Program-made: the position numbers and the translations under genes
From: Eledone cirrhosa
Taxonomy: Eukaryota
DNA: 64,000 bases
Direction: 5' to 3'
Assembly: GCA_964016885.1 (NCBI GenBank)
Contig: OZ024740.1
Location: 142,042,001-142,106,000, forward strand
Shown here: positions 12,525 to 26,708 of the stretch, one piece after another
Position numbering within the stretch: the first letter of the stretch is position 1
Layout of the letters: every line of letters starts with the position of its first letter
Notes under the pieces: model-generated
The model's database searches: none
What the model saw: only the letters and a program-made list of their open reading frames with translations
What the model was told of the DNA's origin: nothing

Positions 12525-12698
12525 TTAACCATTTTTTGTTTAATTTCATTGTTTTAATATTTTTATTTTTGACTCTGTATCCAATGAATTATATCGTTGA
12601 ACATTTTGTATTTTAAACTTTGCTTCACGACATCTACATACGAATTACATTGAGTTCTTCATGCGGTTTAGACCCTACCATTAATTGGTGGATTTATC

Positions 12699-12703
<5 letters not shown>
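12521..12703 (+). mobile_element. Solo 3' tail of a PLE related to the 40381-44002 element
   Basis: attacattgagttcttcatgcgg..tagaccc..gtggat..ctgt resembles 43945-44002. It is embedded in (TA)n. Confidence 0.55.
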
Positions 12704-12757
<54 letters not shown>

Positions 12758-13376
12758 GGAAAAAATGAAACGAAATTTCATTACTCACTCTTAGTACGGC
12801 TGTTACTTAAATATAAGTATGTATACGTACATACATATATGTATACAGACGTACAGTAGTATGTATATATATATTCATACATGCACACATATATATATGT
12901 ACGTATGGATTCACAGAACAATTATTATAATGCTCGGTGTGTTTGTAAACAAACATCCCGTATTAAGCCGTAGTGTCTAGCAACCATCGTTGCTCATTTG
13001 TTCAACACTGATAAAGGAACGCTGTACTAGTTTCAAGCTTATTAGCTATCGTCAGTACCGTATACCTTCCTGCCAGATGGTGGAACGTCTGAAAGTATAT
13101 ACTTTCCTTATGCATATATATATATATATATAATATATATATATATACATATATATATATACACACGTATACACACACAAACATGTATATATATATATGC
13201 AGATGTATATGAGCATGCGTGTCTGTGTGAATATCTGTTATTCCCCGAAAGACGAGAGGAGGAGGAGATTATCTGTTACGATGTGTTTTGTTTACCGATA
13301 GTCGATCTGGTGAACAATATGATCTGATCGATCTACGATGTTTCTTGTAACCTTATCTCTTCCCGGTCTTTCCTGT

Positions 13377-14474
<1,098 letters not shown>

Positions 14475-14787
14475 TATATATATATGCTCATACACCCCAC
14501 ACACATACACAAACAAACATACGCACACGCACATATATTGCCATCATTGCCATTCTATTTCTACATCTTTATTCTTTTTTTTGTTTTGTTTTCACATCAC
14601 GACAAACTTGTTAATTCGTTTGACGGATTTCTTGACGGATAAGACATTAGCTGTTTAAACAAAATGGACGGCCATGTTGCAAATCTAGGAATCTGATAAG
14701 AGTATTTTCTAAGAACGGATTGATTTTTTTCTTTGTTTCCATTTTACTTCGTTACATTTGCTCTGTGTGTGTGTGAATTGGACCTTC

Positions 14788-15045
14788 GTTGATTTCGATG
14801 ATGAGTGTTCCAGTTGATTGATAAATGAAATAATTTGCCTCTGAAATTAAAGTGCAAGTGGCTGAGCATTCCAAAGACTTGTGGTCACTTAGTATACTTC
14901 TCAGAGAGATTCGGCGGGACACAGTGTGTTTGAATTACTGACTGTACTCAATTTTGGGGGAGCTGAGTAGACTTGAGCAACGTAAAATAAAGTGCCTTGC
15001 TCAACGCGCAACCTTATAATCGTGAGGCTACACGCAAACTATTAA
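14788..15045 (-). mobile_element. Second SINE family (CORE-like segment), degenerate
   Basis: gagcaacgtaaaataaagtgccttgctcaa is shared with ~44166-44200. The body resembles the common octopus SINE, from recall. Confidence 0.6.
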
Positions 15046-15249
15046 GCCCCAGCATTTATTCGTTAGATGTTGACTGCCGTCTAAGGCAATACTTCCCCAA
15101 ATTTTCACTACCAATCACCCCTTTTTTGTGACCATACTTATAATGAAATACGCTGTATTTGAATCAATTAATGGGAAATTATTAAGTTACTATTAAGTTA
15201 TTATTTCTAACATAGTTTTAAAAAAGGCTCTTGTGTCAAAATATTTAAT

Positions 15250-15595
15250 ACAAGTAGTAGAGTTGGAAGATGACGAAACTGAACATTGTATGGAAAAGCA
15301 ATTCCACCAGTTTCCAAACTAAGCTGGAAAAAGAACTCTGGTGACTTTGATCCTTCTGTATAAGTGGGAAAGCTGAACATTTACAGTCAACATGGAACGA
15401 AGAATTCAAGCAAAGAAGTTACTGACACAAAGAAAATCATAGTCTGATAACATCAAGAATTGGACAGGTCACAGCACTGCGACCCTACTGGTCATGATCA
15501 AAGATAGAGATCAGTTGTGACTGCTGGTTACCAAAAATCCTTCAGTAGCATCCCAACGATTGGTTGCCGTAGTTACGGGATGATGGTGATGATTA
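15250..15595 (+). mobile_element. RTE-type LINE 3' fragment (deleted, degenerate)
   Basis: Contains an SDNIKNWTG...DRDQ-like C-terminal motif followed by a (GAT)n-type tail. Confidence 0.5.
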
Positions 15596-16300
15596 TCTCT
15601 GGTTTCGATAAAAATAAATACCTAGTGTTAAAGAGTGCGAGACAACTGACTACACCACTCTCCTACAAATGCTAAGCGTTCTACAAATCTTAGAAATCGT
15701 TATATGTTAAGGTCCTTGATGTCAGAAAATAAAATATTGCAATATTTCCTATTATATGAGACAGAAGCGTCTTAAAACAACTTTCTTAATTAGATTTTTG
15801 AATTAAAAGAACACACAAACAAACATAAAACAAAGAAAATTACATTTTGTTTTATAATCTATCGTCTTAAACTTTCCACGCTTGAAATAGAATTCAGAGA
15901 GAGCTAACCATTTAGAACTTCCATTTTGAAATTGGAATTTACATTTATCAGTTATGTTAATGAGAACATTGAGCAAGTGTTTTAATACAACACACTCTCC
16001 GTAAACGCTGTGTATGTAAGATCTCCCGAGGTGAACATATGAAAATAGACACTAACCTCTGTGTGAGTTGCATGTCCTATCCGTTATTGATTTAATGTTT
16101 GTCGTTATTTTATTTCAGTAATACACTTGGGAACTAATCTCTCATCAATCTATTTTACCCTTCGATGAATATAGCAATTGCAGACTTTATAGTTACTTAG
16201 AGAGGAGACGCAGAGAAAACATTCCAGTATATTTCACACATCCCAGATCATTATGCAGTAACAGCAACTACCAAATCAGGGACGAAAAGTACGTCTACAT

Positions 16301-16473
16301 AATAATTGTTTCCACTTTTGACACAAGGCCAGCAATTATCCCAGTGCATTACTGGCGTTTTATTTTATCAACCCCGTAAGGATGAAAAGCAAAGCTAACT
16401 TCGGCTGGATTTGAACTCAGGACGTAAAAGGCCATAACTCTATGCTGAAAAGTATGGTGTCTGACGCTCTACC
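16301..16473 (-). mobile_element. tRNA-SINE, 5'-clipped
   Basis: Matches 3758-3938. Confidence 0.8.
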
Positions 16474-16712
16474 CTCACCTTCTTTTCCAAATAGAACTTG
16501 AAAAAATTGACGAGCGTTTGGTCGAAGAGGAAAGTGTCTGTCTTAAGTCCTTTCAGCCGCGTCCACCACACAACCTCTTTCACTACGACCATCAGGCACA
16601 GGAAAAGTCCCTTCCCTTCTCGGCACAAAAGAAGGCGGGGGAGCGATCTTCACGATGGGCTCAGTCGATAGCCGGATCGTCCCTACACGCGATAATAGCT
16701 GTTGAACAAAAC
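16460..16712 (-). mobile_element. Tx1/L1-like LINE ORF2 C-terminal fragment
   Basis: KEVVWWTRLKGLKTDTFLF..FFKF is homologous to ORF 29039-29638. Confidence 0.75.
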
Positions 16713-16721
16713 TCTGGAAGT

Positions 16722-17019
16722 CAGTATTGGTAGAGTGTTCTGAGTTCAAATTCCACCGATGTTAGTTTTGCTTTTCATCTTTACGCGATCGATAAAATAA
16801 AGTACCAGTTGCGCAAAATTGTTGACATTGTGTCTAAATCAGAAACCATTATTATTATTATGTCTGCTGGATTTTCAGGATTGGTAAAGAGTTCTGCCGA
16901 GGTTAGCTTTGCCTTTCTCCTTATGGGGTCGATAAATAAAGTACCAGTAACGCATTGGGATCGATTTAATCGACTTTCCCCTTCCCTTCAGATGGTGCCA
17001 AATGTAGAAACAATTATTA
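16722..17019 (+). mobile_element. Two tandem internally deleted tRNA-SINEs
   Basis: Core motifs at ~16745-16810 and ~16895-16950, each ending in gaaac(a/c)attatt. Confidence 0.65.
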
Positions 17020-17024
17020 TGTCT

Positions 17025-17505
17025 GATGGCTATGGCGAAATAGATTGTGTGGAGGACAAAACTAAAACGCTTTGGTAAAGCTTTCATCGATATTTTCAAG
17101 TTTCCCTTGGAAAAGAAGTTCAGGGTAGGGAGGAAGGTGCTGTTCTCCAATAAATTTACAAAAAGGTGGGTGTAAGTAGCGAGAATGGTAAGAGTTTATG
17201 GGACTAGTCTCAGTTTGTGCCTGTGGGTCGAAAAATGATATATGGGTGAAGGCATTCGCCCTTGGTGGTTAAAGTGATTGTAGATCTGTGGGGTTCCTCA
17301 ATTAGCTTTAGTTATTGAACTCTCTATAAGAGAAGGAACCGATGTTTCATGTAATAGTATATTTTATATACCCAATTTGTATACTATGTATACATGTCAC
17401 CCTCTCCCCTTTTCCTTCCCATTTCTATTTAATACTCCGTCTTGTAACCTCTCTTTGTATCACCCCCCCCCTTTAACGTCCATATGGCAAATAAAAGTAA
17501 TCATC
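17025..17505 (+). mobile_element. Tx1/L1-like LINE 3' end, degenerate
   Basis: Similar to 29420-29945. It ends in ..tggcaaataaaagtaatcatc. Confidence 0.6.
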
Positions 17506-17544
17506 ACCACCAACATCATTATTATTATTTTGATATTCTTACTC

Positions 17545-17725
17545 TATTGTTCCATAGAAATTGATTAAATCGACACGAGTACTTGAGCTGTACTTTATTT
17601 CATCGACATTAGAAGGATGAAAGACAAAGTTGACCTTGGAAGGATTTAAATTCTAAACGTTAAGAGCCATAACTAAATACCATAAAACATTTTTACCTGA
17701 AGCTCTAACGTTTCTGCTAATGCGC
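17545..17725 (-). mobile_element. Degenerate tRNA-SINE
   Basis: tactttatttcatcgac..aaggatgaaagacaaagttgacctt core. Confidence 0.6.
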
Positions 17726-19514
17726 CTTATAACAACACTAACACTAGCATAATCAGCATTACAAAGAATTTTAGATGGCAATGTTCCTAATATCATGAAC
17801 CTTTGCTGTGTGCTTTTGTGAAATATGATATGAATGCAGGCAATAAATCTGTCATAAGACCAGCAATAAAATTCTGGCTAACAATTAATTAGGTTAGGCT
17901 TTCAATAGCTCGAATCTAAAACTATACCACGGACGAAAACGGAGTTAAAAAATTGCTAATATGAGATTCATAATTAAGAAATGTGAAACCCTTTATGGAA
18001 GAATTAGCCTTGTCGCTGACCTTTAAGATTTGTAAGCTAAACATCCCCCTACATGTAATTAACTCCCAACATCCTGCAATGATTTAGCAGAAAATGTCTA
18101 AAAATAGGTTTTTAAATTCACGTTAATAGTATCTTTATTAGTGGACTAATCGTTGTAAAATATTACAGTATCAAATTCTTAATGTAATGCGGCTATAATC
18201 CTGTTTTTATACTTTCAAAGAATGCCTTGCTAATGTGGCTTGATGTAGTACAGAATGTTAAGAGTTACGATGTCTCTGACATCACACATGTGCCTCCTCA
18301 AAATAGAAAATACCGAAAACTTACTATACATAAACATATCGTCACTACAGAGTTCGTAATAATGAAGAAATAAAAAAGATACCGAGTTGAATGTGTAGTT
18401 CCCAGTAACCGGGTGCCCATCTATTGATCTATCAATAATAATGGCTTCAATCTTTTCAAATTAGTACCTTTGTAGCTTATGAAATTGTATTCACCACAGT
18501 CGGAATAAATGTCGTCATTCAGACACAGAAGCTTTAAAGTAGTGAAACATTTAGAAGGAAGTATTTATATTTAAACAGCTAATAATTTATCAGTCTTTCA
18601 TACACAATAACAACAAATTGACTGTTACATATTAATTGAACTTTAATAAGCTTTAACTTTCATTTTTTAAAATCCAAAATGTATTTTAACATAAAGTTCA
18701 TATTCAGTAACTGTAAAGTCTTTTATTATAACTGCCCACCCATGGAAAATATATAATAGTATATTATAAATTAAGGACATTAAATTTAATTAATTTTACA
18801 CCATTTAATATATCTATTTATATATTTAACCTCCAAGCAATTATTTTCCTTATTAGGTCAGTGTATATAAAATTATATTATAAACTGTATATTATTTTAG
18901 CTCACAATTTAAGTCCACATTCCGAACAGTTATTCGAGATTTGACTATATTCCATTATTCTTTTATTCCTTTATTCAAAGTGTGAATAATTTACTGCGGT
19001 CTCTTTTATGTTTGGTGTTTTGGATATGACAGGACAATCGCATTATTTCCACTTACATCGCACTGATATTTCCAACAATTAGAATTGCCTTCCCTTGGCG
19101 TCTTTCTTATGCGTAGATGGCACAAACATTACATTTTAACCCTTCCAGGAACTTAGATTCCATTCTGCATATGCTGCAGCGAAAGAAGAAAGAAAAGTCC
19201 ATGTTCTCACAACACACATGAGAGTCGTTTAGATAAAGTGATGCCTGTCTTTGCACAGGACCAATCCCACTCTGAGCAACAATGATAGGTATTCAATAAG
19301 AAAAAAAAAGGAAAAAAAGAAACAGATAAACATCATTGGCTGCCATCGAGTATTTCTTCTTCTAGAATGATGTCCTAACAAGAACTACCGATCTCTTACT
19401 CCCGGTGGGCTAAGCGTGTGCTCGGTCACTGACAGAGTATTTCCATGTCCCTACGCATACATACGTGCATGCATACATATATACATACATGCATACATAC
19501 ATATATACATACAT

Positions 19515-19830
19515 GGTGATGATGGCTGCCCCTTCGTTATCGAGTATGGCCATTGCACGACAAAGAAAACAAAACATACATAATAATAACAATAATAATA
19601 ATAACAACAATAATAATAATATACATATATACACACACACGCACACACACAAACATATCTACACACACACACACACGATAGCAATTAACAGCGCTGCGAT
19701 CGAATATGGCTTTTTAGCCCAGCCAATGATCTAAAATGTCTTGCACAGAGTCGGCAACCAAAACATTCACTGGGAATAGCCGGCTGTGGTTGGAGTTCAT
19801 GTACTTTTGCATGTCGTTTGAACCCTCCTA
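19515..19830 (-). mobile_element. RTE LINE 3' end (same family as 58343-60795)
   Basis: [22 protein letters not shown] and the 3' UTR match 58345-58650. It is flanked by (CATA)n. Confidence 0.85.
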
Positions 19831-19892
19831 CATACATACATACATACATACATACATACATACATACATACATACATACATACATACATACA

Positions 19893-20130
19893 TGATGATG
19901 ATGATGGCTGCCCCCTCCTTAACGAGTATGGCCATTGTACGATATCGCATTATTAATAATTATCAATTAATGCTATCGTGCAATGCCTGTGCGTGAAGAT
20001 TTTTTTAAGTGAGGAAAGACTGGTCACTGAGCCAATCCCACTCTACGAGCGACAGTAGCTATAACCCGAAAAGAAGAAATGAGGAACATCATCGGTAACT
20101 ATTGAGCCGCAGGTTTTATGTCGGAGTTAT
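19893..20130 (-). mobile_element. Related RTE-like 3' end
   Basis: Shares the terminus gatggctgcccc..acgagtatggccattg. ccaatcccactct is also found at ~19261. Confidence 0.55.
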
Positions 20131-20139
20131 CCCAGTTTC

Positions 20140-20660
20140 CTGAGTTGCCTTCTCCGAGAAGTATGCTTGGAAGAGAGTATTCTATGTTAGAAACTGGCTA
20201 TCTTTCTATTGGTGAAAATTTATAAAATAATCAAACCAGAAGAACATACATACATAGCGAAAATGATGATATCTATGCAGAACTAATGAGAAATCTGAAG
20301 ATACTCTACACTGACTATACCTTCAGATTTATACCTGTGATTATTGGGGCACTAGGATATGTTAGTAACTGCCTCAGTACAAATCTAGAGAAGTTGAGTT
20401 TCACAGAACTAGAAGGAAAACTAGTTAGGAAATTACAAGTACAATTCATTAATGGAAGAATAAATATAAAACATTCACATCCACACATGCAATAACATTC
20501 ATACTTGCATACACACGCATGTACGCAGACACACATACATATCTACCAATTTGATGCCGTCTAAATTCCAATGAAAGAGTCTTGTGTGTATGTTAGAAAC
20601 CGACTCTCTCTATTAGTAAAATTTTATAAAATAATGCAACCAGAAAAACATACATGCATA
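20140..20660 (+). mobile_element. R4/Dong-like LINE 3' fragment (family of 60845-64000)
   Basis: DYTFRFIPVIIGALGYVSNCL..LVRKLQVQ matches ORF 61409-61654. Confidence 0.75.
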
Positions 20661-21047
20661 CATACATGCACACATATATACATACATATATTGCATTTTA
20701 AATTGTCCAGTAATACATTTGGTAACTGTACATTTATATATTTCCTTTTTTCTGTTGTACAAATAAATATAAAGGGCCATTGCTTCAAAATAAAGAGACA
20801 CATTCCAAAATGATTTATTTGTTGTCTTAACTTTATTATATATTATTTAATTATCCTTATTTTAGCAAAAACATGTTAGTAGCCGGTAATTCCAGGTCAT
20901 TAATATATTTGTTCACTTATTTGACATTCGACCATTATGATGTACTTAAACAAGCAACAGATTAAACTAAATCAAATGTACATTTTTGTAAATAAACATT
21001 GATGGGTTGAGTGAATTGAAATATGTTTAGAAATGAAGAGAATCTCA

Positions 21048-21355
21048 AACGCTGGAGGATTTCAGAAAACCGGATAAAATACCCATATAGACTCATACAG
21101 GCGCTGCAGAGAATTGAACTCTGTGCCTATCAAATTCCGACTGAGCACTCTGTACCATTGAAAAGCCTATATTTAAAGTTATAAAAGAAGTGTCTGTTGT
21201 AAGAAATGGTTTAGCTCCACGGTGCAGAGCGTTCAACTGGAATTTGAACAGTACAGAGTTTGATTATCTGTAGCGATTGCTGGCCACCTATTCCGTCAAT
21301 AGAGGTATTTTTTCAGATGTTTTAAAGCTGTTTTCACTGCTATACGCAAGCGTTC
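21048..21355. mobile_element. Old palindromic MITE-like element
   Basis: Imperfect inverted arms ~21102-21160 and ~21216-21275 extend outward with weaker pairing. Confidence 0.5.
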
Positions 21356-21590
21356 GAAATTATTTAAGTTTATCATGTTATTATTTGTGGTATATAAATG
21401 TTGAGATTTGTTGTAATAAATCACTGCCAATACTGGAATTGAACCATCAAGACAGTTGAGGTATGTCATACATCAATTCATGTATTTTATCTGACGAGGA
21501 GGTACTGAAAAAACAGCACAGTACCTTCGAAATATATATAATAAAACAGATATTTTGATTATGTGAATGTCTTCATTTATTAATATTTTA

Positions 21591-21676
<86 letters not shown>

Positions 21677-22171
21677 ATATATATATGCGTATGTCTTAAC
21701 TCCGCCTAATTGCAATGGATTTATCTTCTGCAAGTTGTTGCTTCTCTCGTTGAATGAATGCTGGGAAAAACAAAATAAAAGTAACATCTCCGTACTATGA
21801 AGTATAATAATAGTAATTGAGTAATCGACAGCGTTCATCTTTTCTTCGAGTCGAGCGAAATCATTAAAAACAAAATGGCCGGCCAAACGGTACATCCATA
21901 TCGTAATTGGATTCGTAAATGTAACATACAGCATTACAAACAAAAAGACACAACAAACGCAACGTAATAATTGAGTTCAGTCCATAACTGGAGAGTAATG
22001 AATACTGTTCGCAGTTCACAAGATACTATCCGTGTTAATCATTATAATCCAATCTCTGTTTGTGATTGCCTTTGTACATAAATTTCATTTTAGTAAACTC
22101 AGTTATGTATATGTATATATATATATTTATATACACATACATAGATATGGAAATACTGATACCCCCCCCCC

Positions 22172-22255
<84 letters not shown>

Positions 22256-22286
22256 TAGAATTGGTGCTCTGAAATAGCAATATATA

Positions 22287-22494
22287 TATGAATGTATATA
22301 CAGTGTATTTTGCAATACACTGTATGCTTAATTAAAAGCATTTTGAAGACCTTACGCTATTGTTTTAAAGTAGCGACAGCTGAAAATTGAAGTAAGTAAC
22401 ACTGTCGCTACTTTAAAACAATAGCGTAAGGTCTTCAAAATGCTTTTAATTAAGCATACAGTGTATTGCAAAATACACTATATATACATTCATA
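22287..22494. repeat. Near-perfect ~93-bp-arm hairpin adjacent to TA repeats
   Basis: 22287-22379 is the reverse complement of 22401-22494. Each arm has nested small hairpins. Confidence 0.85.
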
Positions 22495-22763
22495 ACTCTT
22501 TCTTTCTCAAAGCTCCTTTCACAATGCCTCTTTAATTATTAGACTATTCTCTTGTATTATCTGTTGCATGTATTCCACTGTGCTTTTAATTTGAATTTGA
22601 ATTTTTGTACAATTCTCGTAAAATATATTATTTATGTTCCTGCTCTGTAAAGCAACTGATGTTCTTACATTGAGCTATTTCTCTTACTGGTAATAAGGTA
22701 GTAGGAAATCACTGACATTCCTGTTTATAGTTGTTTATACTATATACATAACTATAAATAGTA

Positions 22764-22826
<63 letters not shown>

Positions 22827-23051
22827 TATGTAAACATATAAGTGTGTGAGGGTGAGACACACATGCGCATATTTATATATAATCTCCGTTGAAAGGATTT
22901 TACATGCTGATTTATTGAAATTTGCAACTGGTAATTACCATTCTATGACAAAGGTCTATTAAAACTGCACGTTTTGAATCCATACCGTTTTAAATCACTT
23001 CTAAATTTGATATTATCATTGCTTTTTAAAATGATCACAAAGCCAATGAGA

Positions 23052-23131
<80 letters not shown>

Positions 23132-23132
<1 letters not shown>

Positions 23133-24325
23133 GGACAAGCCCTCCGTATATCCACGTATGAGGGTTCACCAGTTTTCTCAGTTAATTTTTTGTGGTTATG
23201 CCTTAAATGCCAATTCAGTCCATCTGCTGATTTGCACATGAAGCCACATTTAGTGCAGCTGACAGGATTTTGAGTGGAGCATGATGGAAGGTTTGATTGA
23301 AGATCACGAAGTTTGACCAGATAAGGTTTTTCGAAGTTCTTTATACATTTATGGCAGACAGTTCTCTGTACTTCAATTTCTCTTTATATCAGAATAATGG
23401 TGCCTACATTTCGTGTACAATTATGAAGTTGAATGTATAGCAATACGTTGGATGTGCAGTCCTCAGTCATCCATAGGACATGACCGGCCATCTAAGTCGG
23501 GATTGCGTCAGAATAACACAATCCCACCGATGTTGCACATCGTTAACCTATCGGCTATCAGCATTGGAGATTCTGCTAGAAAGTGTATTGCTGTGTTTCA
23601 TACAGTTCCATACACCAAAGGATTCAGAACATCCGCCATTTGACCTAGTTGATGCTTTCATGTCTTCATGAAAAGATATGATGACATCCAGCATATTATC
23701 AGATATGCCAAGACTTTTGAGGATTTTCCAGAGAGCTTCCGATTGACAAAAACAAAAGCTTTAGTCAAGTCGACAAAAATAATAAATTGCTCCTGATTCT
23801 TTTCACAAACCCTTTCTGCAACCTAGCAAAGAGAGAATACCATATCAATAGTACACCGACATGTGCGGAATCACATTGGTTTTCAGACTAAATATCATCA
23901 ACAAGTCTGGATGTAATTCTATTAAGAATGACGCGGGAAATACCTTACCAACAACACAAAGAAGGGTGATGCCACAAGAGTTGTCACAGATTTTTTTACC
24001 TTTGTTCTTGAAGAGATCGGTTATAAATGCATCTCTGAAGTCATGAAGAACATGATCGACCTTCCTCATTTCCAGAAATAGCCGAAGCTTACGAACCAGT
24101 ATTTTACTGTCATATTTGAAAATTTCAGATGAGATGCCCATCTTTACCAGGAGCTTTAATGGATGAGAATTGCTTCATAGAGGCTTACACTTCATTCAAG
24201 CTTGGATTGAATGCTAATTCGCATATCTCTAGCCTTTCTGGTATAGGTATTACATTTTCATCTACGTTTGTCTCAACATTTAGGACCTTTTCAAAGTGTT
24301 CCTTCCACCGAGAGAGTATCCTAGC
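23132..24325 (-). mobile_element. RTE LINE RT fragments, degenerate and internally deleted
   Basis: APGKDGISSEIFKY..FRDAFITDLFKNKG..CDNSCGITLLCVVGKVF and FVDLTKAF motifs. Confidence 0.75.
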
Positions 24326-24371
24326 TTAGGAAACTCTCAGAGGATAGATATATATAATATATATATATATG

Positions 24372-24432
<61 letters not shown>

Positions 24433-24524
24433 AAGTATATGTATAATGTATGTGTGTGTCTGAGAGTGTATGTATGTGTGTATGTGTGTGTATGTGTGTG
24501 TATGTCTCTGTATGTATGTGTGTG

Positions 24525-26310
24525 TATTATTTTAGGAGGGTTATGTTCCCAACAAAAAGACTCGCACCAGTTTTATTTCAACTTATCAATACTTAAATAA
24601 TTAATCCATTCCTCAATTATTTTAATAACCGGATGGTTATTTAGTTAATTGCTATGTGAATTGCCAAAGCCCTTTCGTCACACATCCTGTGACCAACTCA
24701 ATGACTATTCTTGTTATTCTGTATCTTTTCATTGTTCTGTTTTAATCCATCTTTTATTTTCGATGTATGCTTCTGGTCTGCGAATGCAAGTCATTGTACG
24801 TATGTCTTTATCCATCTCCGTCACAATTTTTGTATATTTTGTGTGTCTGTATATACTAGAGTTGTTCTTGTGTGTCCTTATATTGTCCTTAATTGCTATG
24901 TTGTGGGATAGCTGTTATTCCATTCATGCTTTCTATTTAGTTTCTGTTCATGTTCAGCTGTGTTTCACTTCCATCATCTGTCTGAGAATCACATTTGTTC
25001 GGTGTGTAAATATAATTTTTTATTTCAATGTTTTTAGAGAGCCCCCCACGTTCTAATGTGGCATGCTGGTAGAGCAATGATGCGCTTTTCCTGTCTCAGT
25101 TTTCACGCCAATGCTCCTGCATCCTTTCTCCAATACTGCGAGCTGTCTGACCTCTATATGTTGTGGTTATATTTCTACATTATCCTTCTATGCATCTTGT
25201 GCTATAAACTGCATTTCTAGTTTTACAGTTTATCAATGAGTTAATTCACCACAAGCTATACAGTTTCTAACATTATAGAAGGTTTTTAAAAAGGGTAAGT
25301 TCTGCTTTTCAGGGCCATTATGGGAATTCCTGTCATTTTTACTATCTAAAATTTTAATTTTAATTTATCTAAAGCTTTTCCGAATTTCTATGCTAGAACG
25401 CCCATCGACAAAACAGCACATTCCGCTATTTTTTGCTAGCATAACTCGAGTTCACCTTATCTACCTTCTTGATTTTCTCTATTCTCTTCCATGATTTTCT
25501 ATACATGAAGCGTACTCCATTCGCATCGTTTTCTATGTTTTTCTTCAATTATGCCCTGGCCCCTTTGTATACCCTGATTCTGTCTCTTTGGTTGTATCTA
25601 GAGAACTGCATGTGGATGATGAAGTGTTGTGATTACACACGCGGGGACCGTTTTTCACTGCTCATACCGCAATCAATATGTTGATTTTTCACACTATCCG
25701 AAACGGCTGAGCTCTGGTGGATCAAGTACTTGGAGGTCATGGTGTCAGTGTAATGCCAATGGAGGAAATACGCTTTGTTATTGTAGAGTTTCTCCCCAGA
25801 ATTATGTGTCTGTAATGGATAGTCTAAGTTGGGCTGTCTAGAACAATTTTGACACTCTGGTAGATGGAGTTGACTATTTACTGGATGTTCTCCACAATGT
25901 TCATTTCTAGTCACTGGATATTTTCTTGTGGGAATGCCTTTAATACTATAATGATGTAGAGGGATTACTGGGTGTGGTTCGGCAGGCTGTCTACTGACAT
26001 TCTGTCGGACTTATTTGTAATGAAGCGTCCAATCTCTTCATTTATTGTGCGCTGTGTGAGCTTACTCAGGCCATATGTGGATTTTTCACGAAGCTGCTAT
26101 GCTTCCGTTTTGCTCTGCTTCTTATGTTGTTCTAGAATTTGTCTAAGTTTTGTCCTGGTGACTGTGAATTGCGCTTCGGTTTGATCATCTACATATGGTG
26201 GGATCCAGATTCTTTTGTTGAACAGGAGTGTTGTTGGATAAATACGGAGGATGTCATGGATTTTGTCGAATGGGTTGATGAATAGGGAGTTTAACCGGGT
26301 TTAAAATTCC
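24525..26310 (-). mobile_element. Degenerate Penelope-like element (different family)
   Basis: The minus strand gives TNKSDRMSV (TDKSG-like), YTDTMTSKYLIHQSSA (thumb-like) and CKTRNAVYSTRC..C..YRGQTARSIGERMQEHW (GIY-YIG, ~25095-25230). Confidence 0.7.
24658..24710 (-). ncRNA. Degenerate hammerhead-like motif in a PLE 3' region
   Basis: gaatagtca-TTGAGTTG-gtcaca(ggatg)tgtgac-GAAAG-gg-CTT-tggcaattc. The stems are good but the 5' core strand is non-canonical. Confidence 0.45.
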
Positions 26311-26659
26311 ATGCTGCTTCTATCAGTTGCGTTGTCTCCTTCTTCACCAACATCTTCATAACAGTTATTTCTTTCATTGTTCCAACAACTATTTTCAATA
26401 TTTCATCTCACTCTATGCTTATCATTGTTAATTTTACTTCTGCCCCTTCCTTCTCAGTACGTTATTGATGTTAGTACTGTTGCTGTTGCTAACTTGGTTT
26501 GTGTCACTGTGGTTATGATGCTTGAGCTGTTGTTGTTGTTTGCGTTGCTGTTATTGTTGCTCGTGTTACTAAAATAACCAATGAATGGATTAGTTGCTCA
26601 CTAAAAGTAAACTGAAGTGAAAATAAACTGGTGCGTGTGTTATTATTGGCAATGAAAAG

Positions 26660-26708
26660 ATAAAATGCCGGTATACCCAGCCGGCCGCCAGCCGGACGGG
26701 CCAGCTAG
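26660..26708 (+). mobile_element. Helitron-like 3' terminus
   Basis: GC hairpin ccggc-cgcca-gccgg followed by CTAG|T at 26705-26709. No 5' end was identified. Confidence 0.5.

Noticed and set aside
21868-21895. AAAATGGC(C/G) YY1/Kozak-like starts (also ~14661 and ~57057) as first exons
   Set aside because: The motifs are short, the donors are weak and no downstream exons could be linked. The evidence is insufficient.
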